IMG/VR virus record: IMGVR_UViG_3300008954_000002
Coordinates: 97,099-161,098 of that record
Reading direction: 5' to 3' (one strand)
Length of the DNA: 64,000 nucleotides
Source: a virus
Each line of letters starts with the position of its first letter. The stretch's first letter is position 1. Below are positions 20,201 through 29,100 of this stretch, piece by piece. The notes beneath the pieces are model-generated. The model did not search any database and was not told the DNA's origin. It saw only the letters and a program-made list of their open reading frames with translations. A program made the position numbers and the translations under genes.

Positions 20201-23200
20201 CAGTCAGCTCGCATAGATCACCCTGACTGTTCCACATGACATCCACTACTCTGCCAGAGATAAGCACTTCTAACATATTAGGATCATTAGAATATCCAGC
20301 CCTAAGTTGAATATTCATTCCAGGGCGCATTACTACGGCAGAGAATGGTTGGTGTCTACCGTCCTCTACCTCGGGAACATTGTTATGCGCTTGAGTGCTG
20401 TCGTTTAACTCCTTTATCTTTGCAGCTCTTTCTCTATCAAAGTAATCTAAATCGACAACGGCTTCTCTTTTAGTGCCGTCTAGAGAGCCAGATACATTTT
20501 GCAAAACAATAGTTGCTGTATCAGCTGCACTTTCTCTACTCTGAACAACAGTAAATTCTTTTACTCCATTATAAGTATAGAAATCATCAAAATTAAGAAG
20601 CCTGCTATTGAGCTCATCTTCCTCAATAAGCATTAATTTAAAGGTTGGGTATGCACGCCTTAGGGTAAGCTTCTCAGAGATGATGTCATGAGCAGAATCA
20701 TTAGTAAGGTTTTTGAGCGATTCAGGATCAAAGGCATGTGTATACGTATCCATCGCGGCAAGTCTAGTATCTTCAACAGAGTCTACTGTATTAGTAGCTG
20801 TCTCATCAGTGAGATACTCTCCTAAGTAACCAGCTTTAGAGCCAAACATCGCCTCACTTTTAGCAACTTTCTGAACAAGATCCCGATATACATTTGCATC
20901 TACTCTCGCTTGATCACTGCCAAGGATTCCATCTGTAAGCGAAAGGTAGGGAATAAGTGGCTTAAGTCCGCCCTCAGTCGATATTGTCTTAAGCCTTGCC
21001 AGAACTGTCTTTGCATTATCTCTTGCCTTCTCCTGCTCTTTGGTACCTCTAGGCATATTCTTAATTTGCTCTGATAGCTTTTTGATCTGTTTCTCTACAT
21101 TGGCAGATCGCTGTACGAAGCTGTCTGGATCCCAAAAAGCAACCTCCATAGGGTTGAGCTCTGCCTCTTTCAGGTAATCCCACCTGCCCCCTATCTTGGT
21201 AAGAGAATCTACATCATCAGTTCCGGTTGGATGATGAACTAGTGCAGACATAATAGGCGATTGAGCAGTAGCTCCCGTAGTGAGCCCCTTGTCATCTTTG
21301 CTGCGTATGCCTGAACCCTGCATCTTCTTGAGATGGTCATAAGAGCCGTTTATCTGTGCAGCTAAATTGTCTTGTAAGTCTTCTACAATTGCTGCGCTTA
21401 CTGCACCTGGAGCATCTTCGTAAATGCTCCACATATAAAAGTCTGGATTAGTAGCATGTAGACGATCTGGATAGTAAGGGTGAGCAGGCAAATCCATATC
21501 TGGGTAACATTGAATACCAGACCAATTTGCAACGCCACCACTAAGATCAGTTGTAGCCAACTCTTCTAGCCCAAACAGTGATAGCAAAGGCATGTTGCTT
21601 AGCAATCTATCTGCTAGATCAACCAATCCAGAGCGTATCTTTTTAATCTTGTTTTCTTCATACTGGATTGAGGTCTTTATAGGGGGCAATGTAGTCCGCT
21701 GATAAGTATAGTTGCCTTGCTCAACGCTACCTTCAGATTGTAGATAACGTGGCGGTAACGACCACCATGCAAGGGCTGCTAAGTGCCCTTTAAAGCCTAA
21801 AAAGCTAGTATCTTCAACACTCTCTATGAACTTTTTAAAGGGAGCCAGTATAGTATCTGAAGCACTCATTAGAATCTGATCATGCAGCGGCATGATGTCA
21901 TTAATATATAGTTGGACTACAGTCTCAACATCAGCCTCTGCTTCCTTTCTATTGTTATCTATTGTGGTTGTTCCTTCTCCTGCCCAAAAGGGAACATCAG
22001 TGCTACCGTCACTGTCTATAGAGCCAATAAAATGGTCAAACATAGTGGGCTTATCATTTCTTCTCAAGATCTGCTGCCACTGGCTGCCGTCTCCTCTTCT
22101 GCTCTCCATAGGCGTAAGGAAGTTGACTGCACTATCTACAGCCAATGCTGTGTTATCGATAGCGCCAAAAGCTATGCGTTTGATACCCCTCCATGGGCCA
22201 CTCATTACAACAGAAGTGGTGTGTTTAATGCCTACATATCCAAACCCAAGGCCATCATCAAGTCGTGCCTTGAACTCTGCCTGTGTGCTCCACGGGTTGA
22301 CTCCTAAAGATTTTATCTCAGCAGGAGCATAAGCGCCAAGGTTCTTGCTTAGCCAAGCGCCAACACTGTCAGCTTTTAACCAATCGCCATATCTCCACTT
22401 AACATAAGCATACATCCAGTAGCCAAAACGCTGCCACATCTCTTGCTCTAGATTAGGAAGATTGTATAGCTGTTCTTTAAAGTGTTCTTCAGTAACTGCT
22501 CCTGGAACATTAGGTTCTGATACAAGACAGTTAGCTTCCTGAATAAGTCCAAGTAAGAAAGCGTGGTAGTGTCTGACAATTTCTATATCTACATCTTGTA
22601 GTCTTGGGTTTGCATAATGAAATTGAGTTACATCTACAAAGGAGGCGTCAACAAGAGTCGCTTTAATAGCTCTACTCTCAATATCTTTAATAATTCGTGC
22701 AGATTCTGCCATGCTGTGCGCTTGATCTATGCCTCCAAGTGAAAGAGCAGCTCTAGGAGTCCCAAGCGGATCAACAGGATCAATATAGCCTGCAGCTTCT
22801 AGCTGAGCAGTAGTCAACTCAATATCACTAGTTAAGTCACCCCCTGTCCTATCCAAGTAGTCTGCCATAATGCTTTTGTTAATTACATACGCATCTTGTT
22901 CCGTATCCTGAATTAACTCTCGTATCCCAGCATCAGAATTCCCAACATCATATAGATCGGCACCCCTACCTGGCACTTGGTACTGCTTAGCTCTTTCAAA
23001 AGCCTCATCACCGAAACTAGTTCTTATTTCTTTCTCTGTCATCATGAAGCTATCGCTACCATCTGCTCTTATAAATGGAGCAGCACCTACAGCTTCAAAC
23101 ATGTTGACTTGTTTTAAAGCAGTCTCACCAAAGAGCTGAGAGTAGAACTTGTCTTGACCAGTTACAGATATGTCTTGGTCAAAGACAGCCACTCTTGACG

Positions 23201-26123
23201 CATACCTCTCGGATATGCCAGCATCCATACGACCTCTCATTAGTTGTTCTGGCATGTTCTCCGAGTCAAACTCAAACTGTACCTCGTTTGCATTTTGCAA
23301 GAGTAATGCTGCAATACCTTCTTCTGTAAGCTCTAGGTTGGCTAATGCGTGCAGTACTTTCTTGCGTCGATCATCGATATCAGGCGAAGCGGTCGGTACA
23401 GCAATGATCTCTTCTTGTACATAAGGATTAGTTTCACTTACTTCAAAAACCATTGAGGATAGGCCAGGATTCCCTTCCTTTGTTTCGCAAGTAGCCCGAG
23501 TGATACACGAACGCTTACGTAGTGCTGATTGATTACTTTCATTAATCTTGTAATCGGAGTCACTATATGTGCCGAACAATCTAGTAATAAAGTTGTCTGT
23601 ACACAATGCATGCCCATCAAGTACGGGTCTAAATGCACGAGCATTATGCTGTAGCTTCTGACGCATTTCCTCCATAGATCTGCCGGGCAAAGGTATGCCT
23701 GTTAGCTTGTCATCTATTAAGGCAAACTCCATCATGTAGGATGGCTCAGTTGAGCCAAGATGCTGATGCGTAGGAAACTCAGAACCTAGAATTGGAATGC
23801 TGGCAATGTTGTGCCGCATACCGCCTGCAACGCCAATGAGTACAGCACCATCTCTAAGCAGAATCTTTTTAGTATTGAGAGCGCCATACTCTTCAGTGCC
23901 ACTTACATCGGACCAGTCAAGGTCATCATTGCCTGTGAGTATCGACAAGGTAATAGTACGACGCCAAACATTTACTACATCGCTGCGAGCGTCATAGTAC
24001 ATGAAGCCAAGATTTGCTAAGTCTTTGTAATCGTTAAGTATCCCTTCTGCTTCTTCTTGAGTTAACCCTATGCTATCAAGCTGATCCTCGGTTAGCAGAG
24101 TCTCCTCTTGTCCATCTGGCTCTACTACTGTAATAGCTGCTGCTTCTCCAAGCTCTGGATCTGCGGTTGTCGGAGTACTGGTAGTGCTTGAGCTGGGATA
24201 TGGGGCATTCTTCTTGGCAAGCTTTTGATCTTCAGAAGTCATGCCCTGGATTACATCCTGCATATATTGCGTATTAGGAGTTTGCCCATCGCGGGCATTT
24301 AGCCACGGAACAGGATTGAAAGGCATCTCCGACGTATTCTCTTGTAACTCAAAATGTAGGTGAGCCCCGGTTCCATAGGTTCCAGACAAGCCTATGGGTT
24401 GTCCTCTCGTTACTACAGCTCCCTTGTTAACATCCGTCTTAGATAGGTGTCTATACACACTTGTCATATTGAGATCAGAGTGGAGTATATACAAGACGCT
24501 ACCCGTAGCAGAGACTACTGTTCCATCCTCAACTGCATATATAGGTGTTCCCTCTGGGATAGGGATGTCGATCCCTTCGTGAGGTCTTTGCACATGCGCA
24601 GCGGGGTGATCCCAACGCCAAGAGAAATGATCAGATAGTCTAAAAGCATTTGGATCATCGTCAACTAGGCAAGGCCTATGCAGTATTAACTTGTGCATGT
24701 CCTTGCGCCGCCACTGGCTTAGCCGAGTGTGACGACCTTCTCCAGGAGCATAGGTTCTACGTTTATGTTGTCCGCGTATCTCTATAGCAGGCAGAGATGA
24801 GGTAGCGCCAGTTCTTTCTTTGCTTTGAGTTTCAACTGCTGCCTCTTGTAACTTCTTCTGCGCATCGCTGAGCTTGGCAATAATATCTGGGGTAAGGTTG
24901 AGAGTTCTATAATCTTCGTAATGAAAGATAGTTCTCTTCATTGTTGAGAGGAATGTCGACACCCATCGTTGCCTAAGTACTGGAGGTACTCCTCCAGTGT
25001 GAAGTCCAGTCACATATCCGGTAGCCTCGTCCATGGAGGTAAAGGAGGCAACGCTTTTATATAGAAGACCTGCACCTGTAGTAGAGCCACCCGGAAATTC
25101 AAAAATGTCTTGGTAGACATCAATCCCAAAGTTATCATATAAGGACTTTGCCTGTAGCGAGTTAATAAATCTTACATAGATGTTGGATAGGGCGGGCGTC
25201 ACTACCCATGCACTAGCTTGCATCCTGCTTGGGAGTGGTAGCAGATCAAAGACGCGACCAGCATGAGTTCTCTCCATGTCGTGTAGGGTCATAGTCTTTG
25301 AAGAGCTTCGTTCAATAGCTTCAAGAACAACGCTAAATGTTTCACGGGCTGGGTCTTCTTGGCGAGGACCCTCTTCCCCTGCCCTGTATTGGCTTTGGTT
25401 AAAGTTAGAGAAACCCTCTACACCTCTAATGATTGTTGGTAGCCATCCCTTCTCTCTCCCTTCGTCTTCGCTCTTCTCTGTGTACCATGAGTTAGCTTCC
25501 TTTTCATGCCCAACCATACTCTCTATGAAAGGGCCAATCCAAACAGGGATACTATATCTAACTGTATCTGTCACCGCAGACGAAGAGGACCCCTTAGATC
25601 CTGCACTAGGCACTTTTATGCTTTCTGTTGCCCACTCTCTTCTAAAAAGGAAGTTGACAGCATAGGGAGCATAATTAAACCAGCGCAGATCTATCTCGCA
25701 TGCAAAAGTGCCTGGCGTTCCCTTCATAGGAGAGACATTGATAGAAGACATTGTAAAGGCCATTTGCTGCCAGACTTCCCAGCGTGGGACAATAGTCTCA
25801 CGTAGATAGTCGTTCTCAATCCAACAGAAGGGAGAGTGCTTGAACTGGACTATCAGCCTGTGCAGAGACAATAGCATGTCTGGTGTAAAGATAATATTAA
25901 GGCTTACCTGTACAAGCCCATGCCCGCTAGGAACTTTAGTAGAGACTCTTGAGCGTAGGGTGTTCCATTGCCAATACATATCCTCCTTACGAACAGAGAT
26001 CTGAGTAGGCGGAATTACTAGCTCTATGTCGTTGATGGTAAATACAGCATTAGGATCCGATGCGTCTTTACCATCCCGATATTCCCAGCTGCGGTCGGCT
26101 GCGCCTCTAATAATACCTGCCAT
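17235..26123 (-). CDS. Giant tail-tip protein (2962 aa): M23 peptidoglycan endopeptidase domain plus baseplate hub (gp27/VgrG-like) region
   Basis: M23 motifs HEGIDIPIPEGTPIYAVEDG, YRHL and GAHLHFEL at about nt 24340-24585. Hub-like motifs RPGMNIQLRAGYS...ISGRVVDV and YRGELLVLGNPRIKPWD...VEQVVHMFS..GFLTEI. Confidence 0.75.
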   Translation of the reverse strand: MAGIIRGAADRSWEYRDGKDASDPNAVFTINDIELVIPPTQISVRKEDMYWQWNTLRSRVSTKVPSGHGLVQVSLNIIFTPDMLLSLHRLIVQFKHSPFCWIENDYLRETIVPRWEVWQQMAFTMSSINVSPMKGTPGTFACEIDLRWFNYAPYAVNFLFRREWATESIKVPSAGSKGSSSSAVTDTVRYSIPVWIGPFIESMVGHEKEANSWYTEKSEDEGREKGWLPTIIRGVEGFSNFNQSQYRAGEEGPRQEDPARETFSVVLEAIERSSSKTMTLHDMERTHAGRVFDLLPLPSRMQASAWVVTPALSNIYVRFINSLQAKSLYDNFGIDVYQDIFEFPGGSTTGAGLLYKSVASFTSMDEATGYVTGLHTGGVPPVLRQRWVSTFLSTMKRTIFHYEDYRTLNLTPDIIAKLSDAQKKLQEAAVETQSKERTGATSSLPAIEIRGQHKRRTYAPGEGRHTRLSQWRRKDMHKLILHRPCLVDDDPNAFRLSDHFSWRWDHPAAHVQRPHEGIDIPIPEGTPIYAVEDGTVVSATGSVLYILHSDLNMTSVYRHLSKTDVNKGAVVTRGQPIGLSGTYGTGAHLHFELQENTSEMPFNPVPWLNARDGQTPNTQYMQDVIQGMTSEDQKLAKKNAPYPSSSTTSTPTTADPELGEAAAITVVEPDGQEETLLTEDQLDSIGLTQEEAEGILNDYKDLANLGFMYYDARSDVVNVWRRTITLSILTGNDDLDWSDVSGTEEYGALNTKKILLRDGAVLIGVAGGMRHNIASIPILGSEFPTHQHLGSTEPSYMMEFALIDDKLTGIPLPGRSMEEMRQKLQHNARAFRPVLDGHALCTDNFITRLFGTYSDSDYKINESNQSALRKRSCITRATCETKEGNPGLSSMVFEVSETNPYVQEEIIAVPTASPDIDDRRKKVLHALANLELTEEGIAALLLQNANEVQFEFDSENMPEQLMRGRMDAGISERYASRVAVFDQDISVTGQDKFYSQLFGETALKQVNMFEAVGAAPFIRADGSDSFMMTEKEIRTSFGDEAFERAKQYQVPGRGADLYDVGNSDAGIRELIQDTEQDAYVINKSIMADYLDRTGGDLTSDIELTTAQLEAAGYIDPVDPLGTPRAALSLGGIDQAHSMAESARIIKDIESRAIKATLVDASFVDVTQFHYANPRLQDVDIEIVRHYHAFLLGLIQEANCLVSEPNVPGAVTEEHFKEQLYNLPNLEQEMWQRFGYWMYAYVKWRYGDWLKADSVGAWLSKNLGAYAPAEIKSLGVNPWSTQAEFKARLDDGLGFGYVGIKHTTSVVMSGPWRGIKRIAFGAIDNTALAVDSAVNFLTPMESRRGDGSQWQQILRRNDKPTMFDHFIGSIDSDGSTDVPFWAGEGTTTIDNNRKEAEADVETVVQLYINDIMPLHDQILMSASDTILAPFKKFIESVEDTSFLGFKGHLAALAWWSLPPRYLQSEGSVEQGNYTYQRTTLPPIKTSIQYEENKIKKIRSGLVDLADRLLSNMPLLSLFGLEELATTDLSGGVANWSGIQCYPDMDLPAHPYYPDRLHATNPDFYMWSIYEDAPGAVSAAIVEDLQDNLAAQINGSYDHLKKMQGSGIRSKDDKGLTTGATAQSPIMSALVHHPTGTDDVDSLTKIGGRWDYLKEAELNPMEVAFWDPDSFVQRSANVEKQIKKLSEQIKNMPRGTKEQEKARDNAKTVLARLKTISTEGGLKPLIPYLSLTDGILGSDQARVDANVYRDLVQKVAKSEAMFGSKAGYLGEYLTDETATNTVDSVEDTRLAAMDTYTHAFDPESLKNLTNDSAHDIISEKLTLRRAYPTFKLMLIEEDELNSRLLNFDDFYTYNGVKEFTVVQSRESAADTATIVLQNVSGSLDGTKREAVVDLDYFDRERAAKIKELNDSTQAHNNVPEVEDGRHQPFSAVVMRPGMNIQLRAGYSNDPNMLEVLISGRVVDVMWNSQGDLCELTVQSFGVELTADIKGRNDGRYGENDEALVFETTHKLLSSMMLQPEVLHFGRWKIGQLFQYGESKDARLDFVDYSEKDFWGWFSFTGKMMKFMKTHPVISTGIAIGIAALSITPMGRAGAAAGASKGIVSRLMGGAAAKIGGGSTWGGFAGKNLAVTAKGINQRIGAAIGMAKGGSRGSVVNKFLHSGGVSSESIRKAGLRPLLTKLAGTTTKAEKTAVFAEIETAFTTLAKSETSRVRGLVLGYSGANLGGLTFFQGAQQIAGSGFNIFGRVLAINSRAFLAATAASIGLQAAADVLGWGYDITIGEVKRNYTRKKASLFLSPQDDNLYPPNPKDYMTLEFEFWEWSTIKRLGAVVAGGFAGALMGVPGTADKVGEWYDAWTQPDKWQTNKQLLPSECLYQVQNSTIWDLFHEMSLRHPGWIYGPRPYGTSLRYTMFFGVPGQRYWSKPATNNFVDRMNTLREHLEDGNINRDIYEKLYGAVALKKIEDAFSFEIKERIDSSSSLPESYVELGESFNPFNPNNIEDISDVDGNFQSYVKKPESYAASASLDHLNLRFTNEVMEEYLKGLENRFVPFRRYHMLRSETDIVSNNIMGSEHNVVNAVSVLYHDRDRLVSKTLPMKASSFIKEPDLNVLPVSFSNVIGKKAAMRYGMSSLMYGLKKMYRGELLVLGNPRIKPWDICYLLDDYNDMFGPIEVEQVVHMFSYETGFLTEIKPNAVVFANEISTWPVLEGLKLYCMAVRDKEQGTGTVGPDGIPRDGGGSSHWWESAVTDPDYKARLAKKYGGIFQEGFDFEEFMSEMLPDDPDITGGFTEGRLPGHNMASLTAALLVGGVTTGLAFGTRGLASAALGKVGISAANGIWSSRIAKAIGIGGTAKGGTWAWNKLDNVFNNLGASWLVAGPILFAKCLQEETVAVVPLTKGGRPIVSGLQQGDPMAIWRNIFGDVTNIIDDTMWGIDDVTREWTAWKDAIWRTPWTGLRANRMTGIPE

Positions 26124-29100
26124 TAGTCACCCATCAGTCTGTCAATATAGTTAGGAGTCAGTGGTCTCCTAGTGTCATTAATTCGTATTGAGCCAGAACC
26201 TCTAATGCCTGCAAGAAAATCCATAGAAGCTCTTACTCCACTAGTAGAGGGTACCTCACCTCTAATTTGATAAGCGTTTTGTCTTGAGAAATAAGTTTCT
26301 CCAGTGTTTACAGGCCTATGCATCATATCATTGTGTGGTCCCCCACCCAAGCTTTCTGGGGTGGGCATGTTGTCTTCTCTTGGTGCAAACAGCTCTCCTC
26401 TTCGTATAGCTGTTGCTACTCCAGAGTCCATTACTTCACCAGCAGACAACATTGGAGTAGGTGAATATCCTTCACTTCCCATAACTCCTTTAAGTGCTAA
26501 AGTAATACCTACACCTGCAGCTACGGGACCAAGGAATCGTTTGTCTAGCTTCTGTGTAGCGCTTGTAATGCGATTAGTGGTTGCAGCTATCTCATCCATG
26601 GTGCCTGCAAGACCAGTAGTAGTCTCAAGGGCAAGTCCTGCTTCCATAGCATGTCTTTGTTCGACCTGAAGAGCAAAGGCTCTCCGTGTTGCAGCTTTCT
26701 CACCTTTGAACATTTGGGCATTCTGATAGGCAGTCCCACTAAATTCTGCACCTGTCTCGTGTACATAGCGCGCAGCCATACGGCCAGACTCAACTAAGGA
26801 GCCAACACTAACCGCTCTGCCTTCTTGCAGCAGTGACTTGTTGAGCTGCTGCATTATTTTGGCTTCTTCTCCGGTACCGCCCAGCCCCCCCAGTTGCTGG
26901 GCTAGCATATCTTTATTGAAGCCAGTAATTCTAAGACCTTCCTTCGTATTTATGGCTGAGCCTTCAAAGATGTCTTCTAGAACTTTCTGGTACTTAAGTG
27001 AGCCTGCTTCAGATCCACCAGTTCGGATCATCTCATTAGTAGCTTCAATAAGATCTCCTGCCATATTTTTATAATGTGCATGGTGTTTGGCTTTGATTGC
27101 TACAATCTCTTCTATAGCAGTAAGACCAGCTAGCCCCTGCTGGGCAGCACTATATCCCATCTCTGCAGAAGTTTGTACTGTCCCCAACCTAAGCTTGTTA
27201 AGCGCCACATCAATTCTGCCAATGTCTTTAGCAGTAGCTTCTTTCATAACCTCATGATAGCGAGCTTCTTGAGGTGAGAGCTCACCTAATGCGCTTACTT
27301 CCATTTGAGCAGTCTTCTTGATAACTTCTGAAGCCTCCTCCATGATAGCGCCTACTTCAGCCCTATACCTAAGGGCTTCATTTGAAAACATCTCTTTTGC
27401 TGCAGAGGATTTCTGGAAGTAACCACTAGTGCCTTTCTTTGCAGAGGGAAAGAACAGCTGATAGTTATCGCCATCAAAGTCACCAATCATTCCAGCAGCA
27501 AAACTAAGGTTTAGCTTTATGCCCTTCTTCCTGTTGTTGTAGTGGACATCTACTTCAAAGTTGGGAATATAAACCTTGCCTCCGCCCTCTGTCGGTGCCA
27601 AAGCACTTATGTTTCTAGCCATGCTCTGGAAGAAGTCACCCATTGCTCCCCCTGCCTTCCGTCTAAGCCCTTTCTCTGTGCCAGGAAGCGCCATCCGTCT
27701 CATCTCTTGGAAGCTAGATGGCCTCCTACCTGTAGCAGCCTCAAACCTAGCAAGAGCAGCTTTACCTTCTGGAGTGCCTCTAGTGAACTTGCCAAACATT
27801 ACATCCGCCCGACCTGTTTCAGGTGCATATCTGAATGTCTGGGCAGGGGCTACATGCCCTGGGCCAAGCACTGGATCTCGACCTAGGATAGTTTCAGTTC
27901 CCTCTGTAAGTCTCGCTTCCATTCCAAGGAAGTAAGACTGGAATCGAGATCCCATTTCTTCCATGGCAGCACCCTTAGCTTTCCCACCTGTCATACCTAC
28001 CGCCTCATAAGAAGCAGTAGCTCCACCCATGTATCCACGCATTGAATCTAGAAAGCGTTGTGTATCGGCAAAAACCGCACTGCCACTAGAGCGCTTAAAA
28101 GCAAGCTGGGTCCGTGACAACTGTGCCTTGGTAAGCTCAGTGGTTGGAAATTCACCTGCTATCTGAAGACTAGCACCCAACCCATAGGAAGAGCCTCTAA
28201 GCTTTCCTCTTAGGACACTATTGTAAGTATTCCCAAATAGCTCACTAATGCCTGCCTTCCATTCGCGCAGTAAGTCGGCGTTTGCACCCGCGTCCACAGA
28301 CTGCCTAATGGTATTCAAGTTGTCGGATAGAAGATGTATCTTTCGTGTGTACTCCCCATGTATTGGCTTTGGTCCCTCAGCAGTTTTAATTTCAACACCC
28401 CTCATAAGTGCCATAGTGTTACCGCCAGCAATTCTAATTTGTCGAGTTCCAAGTGCAGCTTCTGCAGCTCTTCCTGTCTTATCTCTTACTCCACCAAGGT
28501 CAAGTATAAAGCCTTCCTTATGCTGTGCAAGCAATTCGGTCATGGCTCGTGTATCACGCGATCCTTCGAGAAAGGCGTCTACGCCTATAGTAGTAAGCTT
28601 TTGGGATGCTTTATATCCAGCAACTACTCCCTCTCGTCCACTAAGCGTGAGCTGCATCTTGGAAAGATCCTGAACAATCTTCAAGTGTTCAGCTGCTCCT
28701 CTTTTACGAGCAAGAACCATAGCCATAAAGTCGTTGGCCTCATTAGCGGGCATTCCGAGATTAGCTACTTGATGCTGAAGGAACTGGTAATAGCGCGGCT
28801 CTATAGAAGACTCTGCTGATCGAAGTATCTGAGAAAGTGGACCTGGAGTAATAGTATCAGCACCAAGAGCTGTTCCTCTCTTAGCTGATGCGATAATTTT
28901 CCCAGCAAGAGGCCCTGCTTCTCCTTTGATAAGGTTAGCCACTGCTGTCTGTGCTTCACCCTTTGCACCAAACCCATATAAGTCTGCGTGCTTGTAAAGC
29001 CCAGCCATAACCATGCCCATCTGCCCGGTTCTTGCTTCTGCATTAGGCAGTGCAAGCATTTTCTTCAAGGTAAGGCTTGCCATGTTCTCAAGATAAGCCC

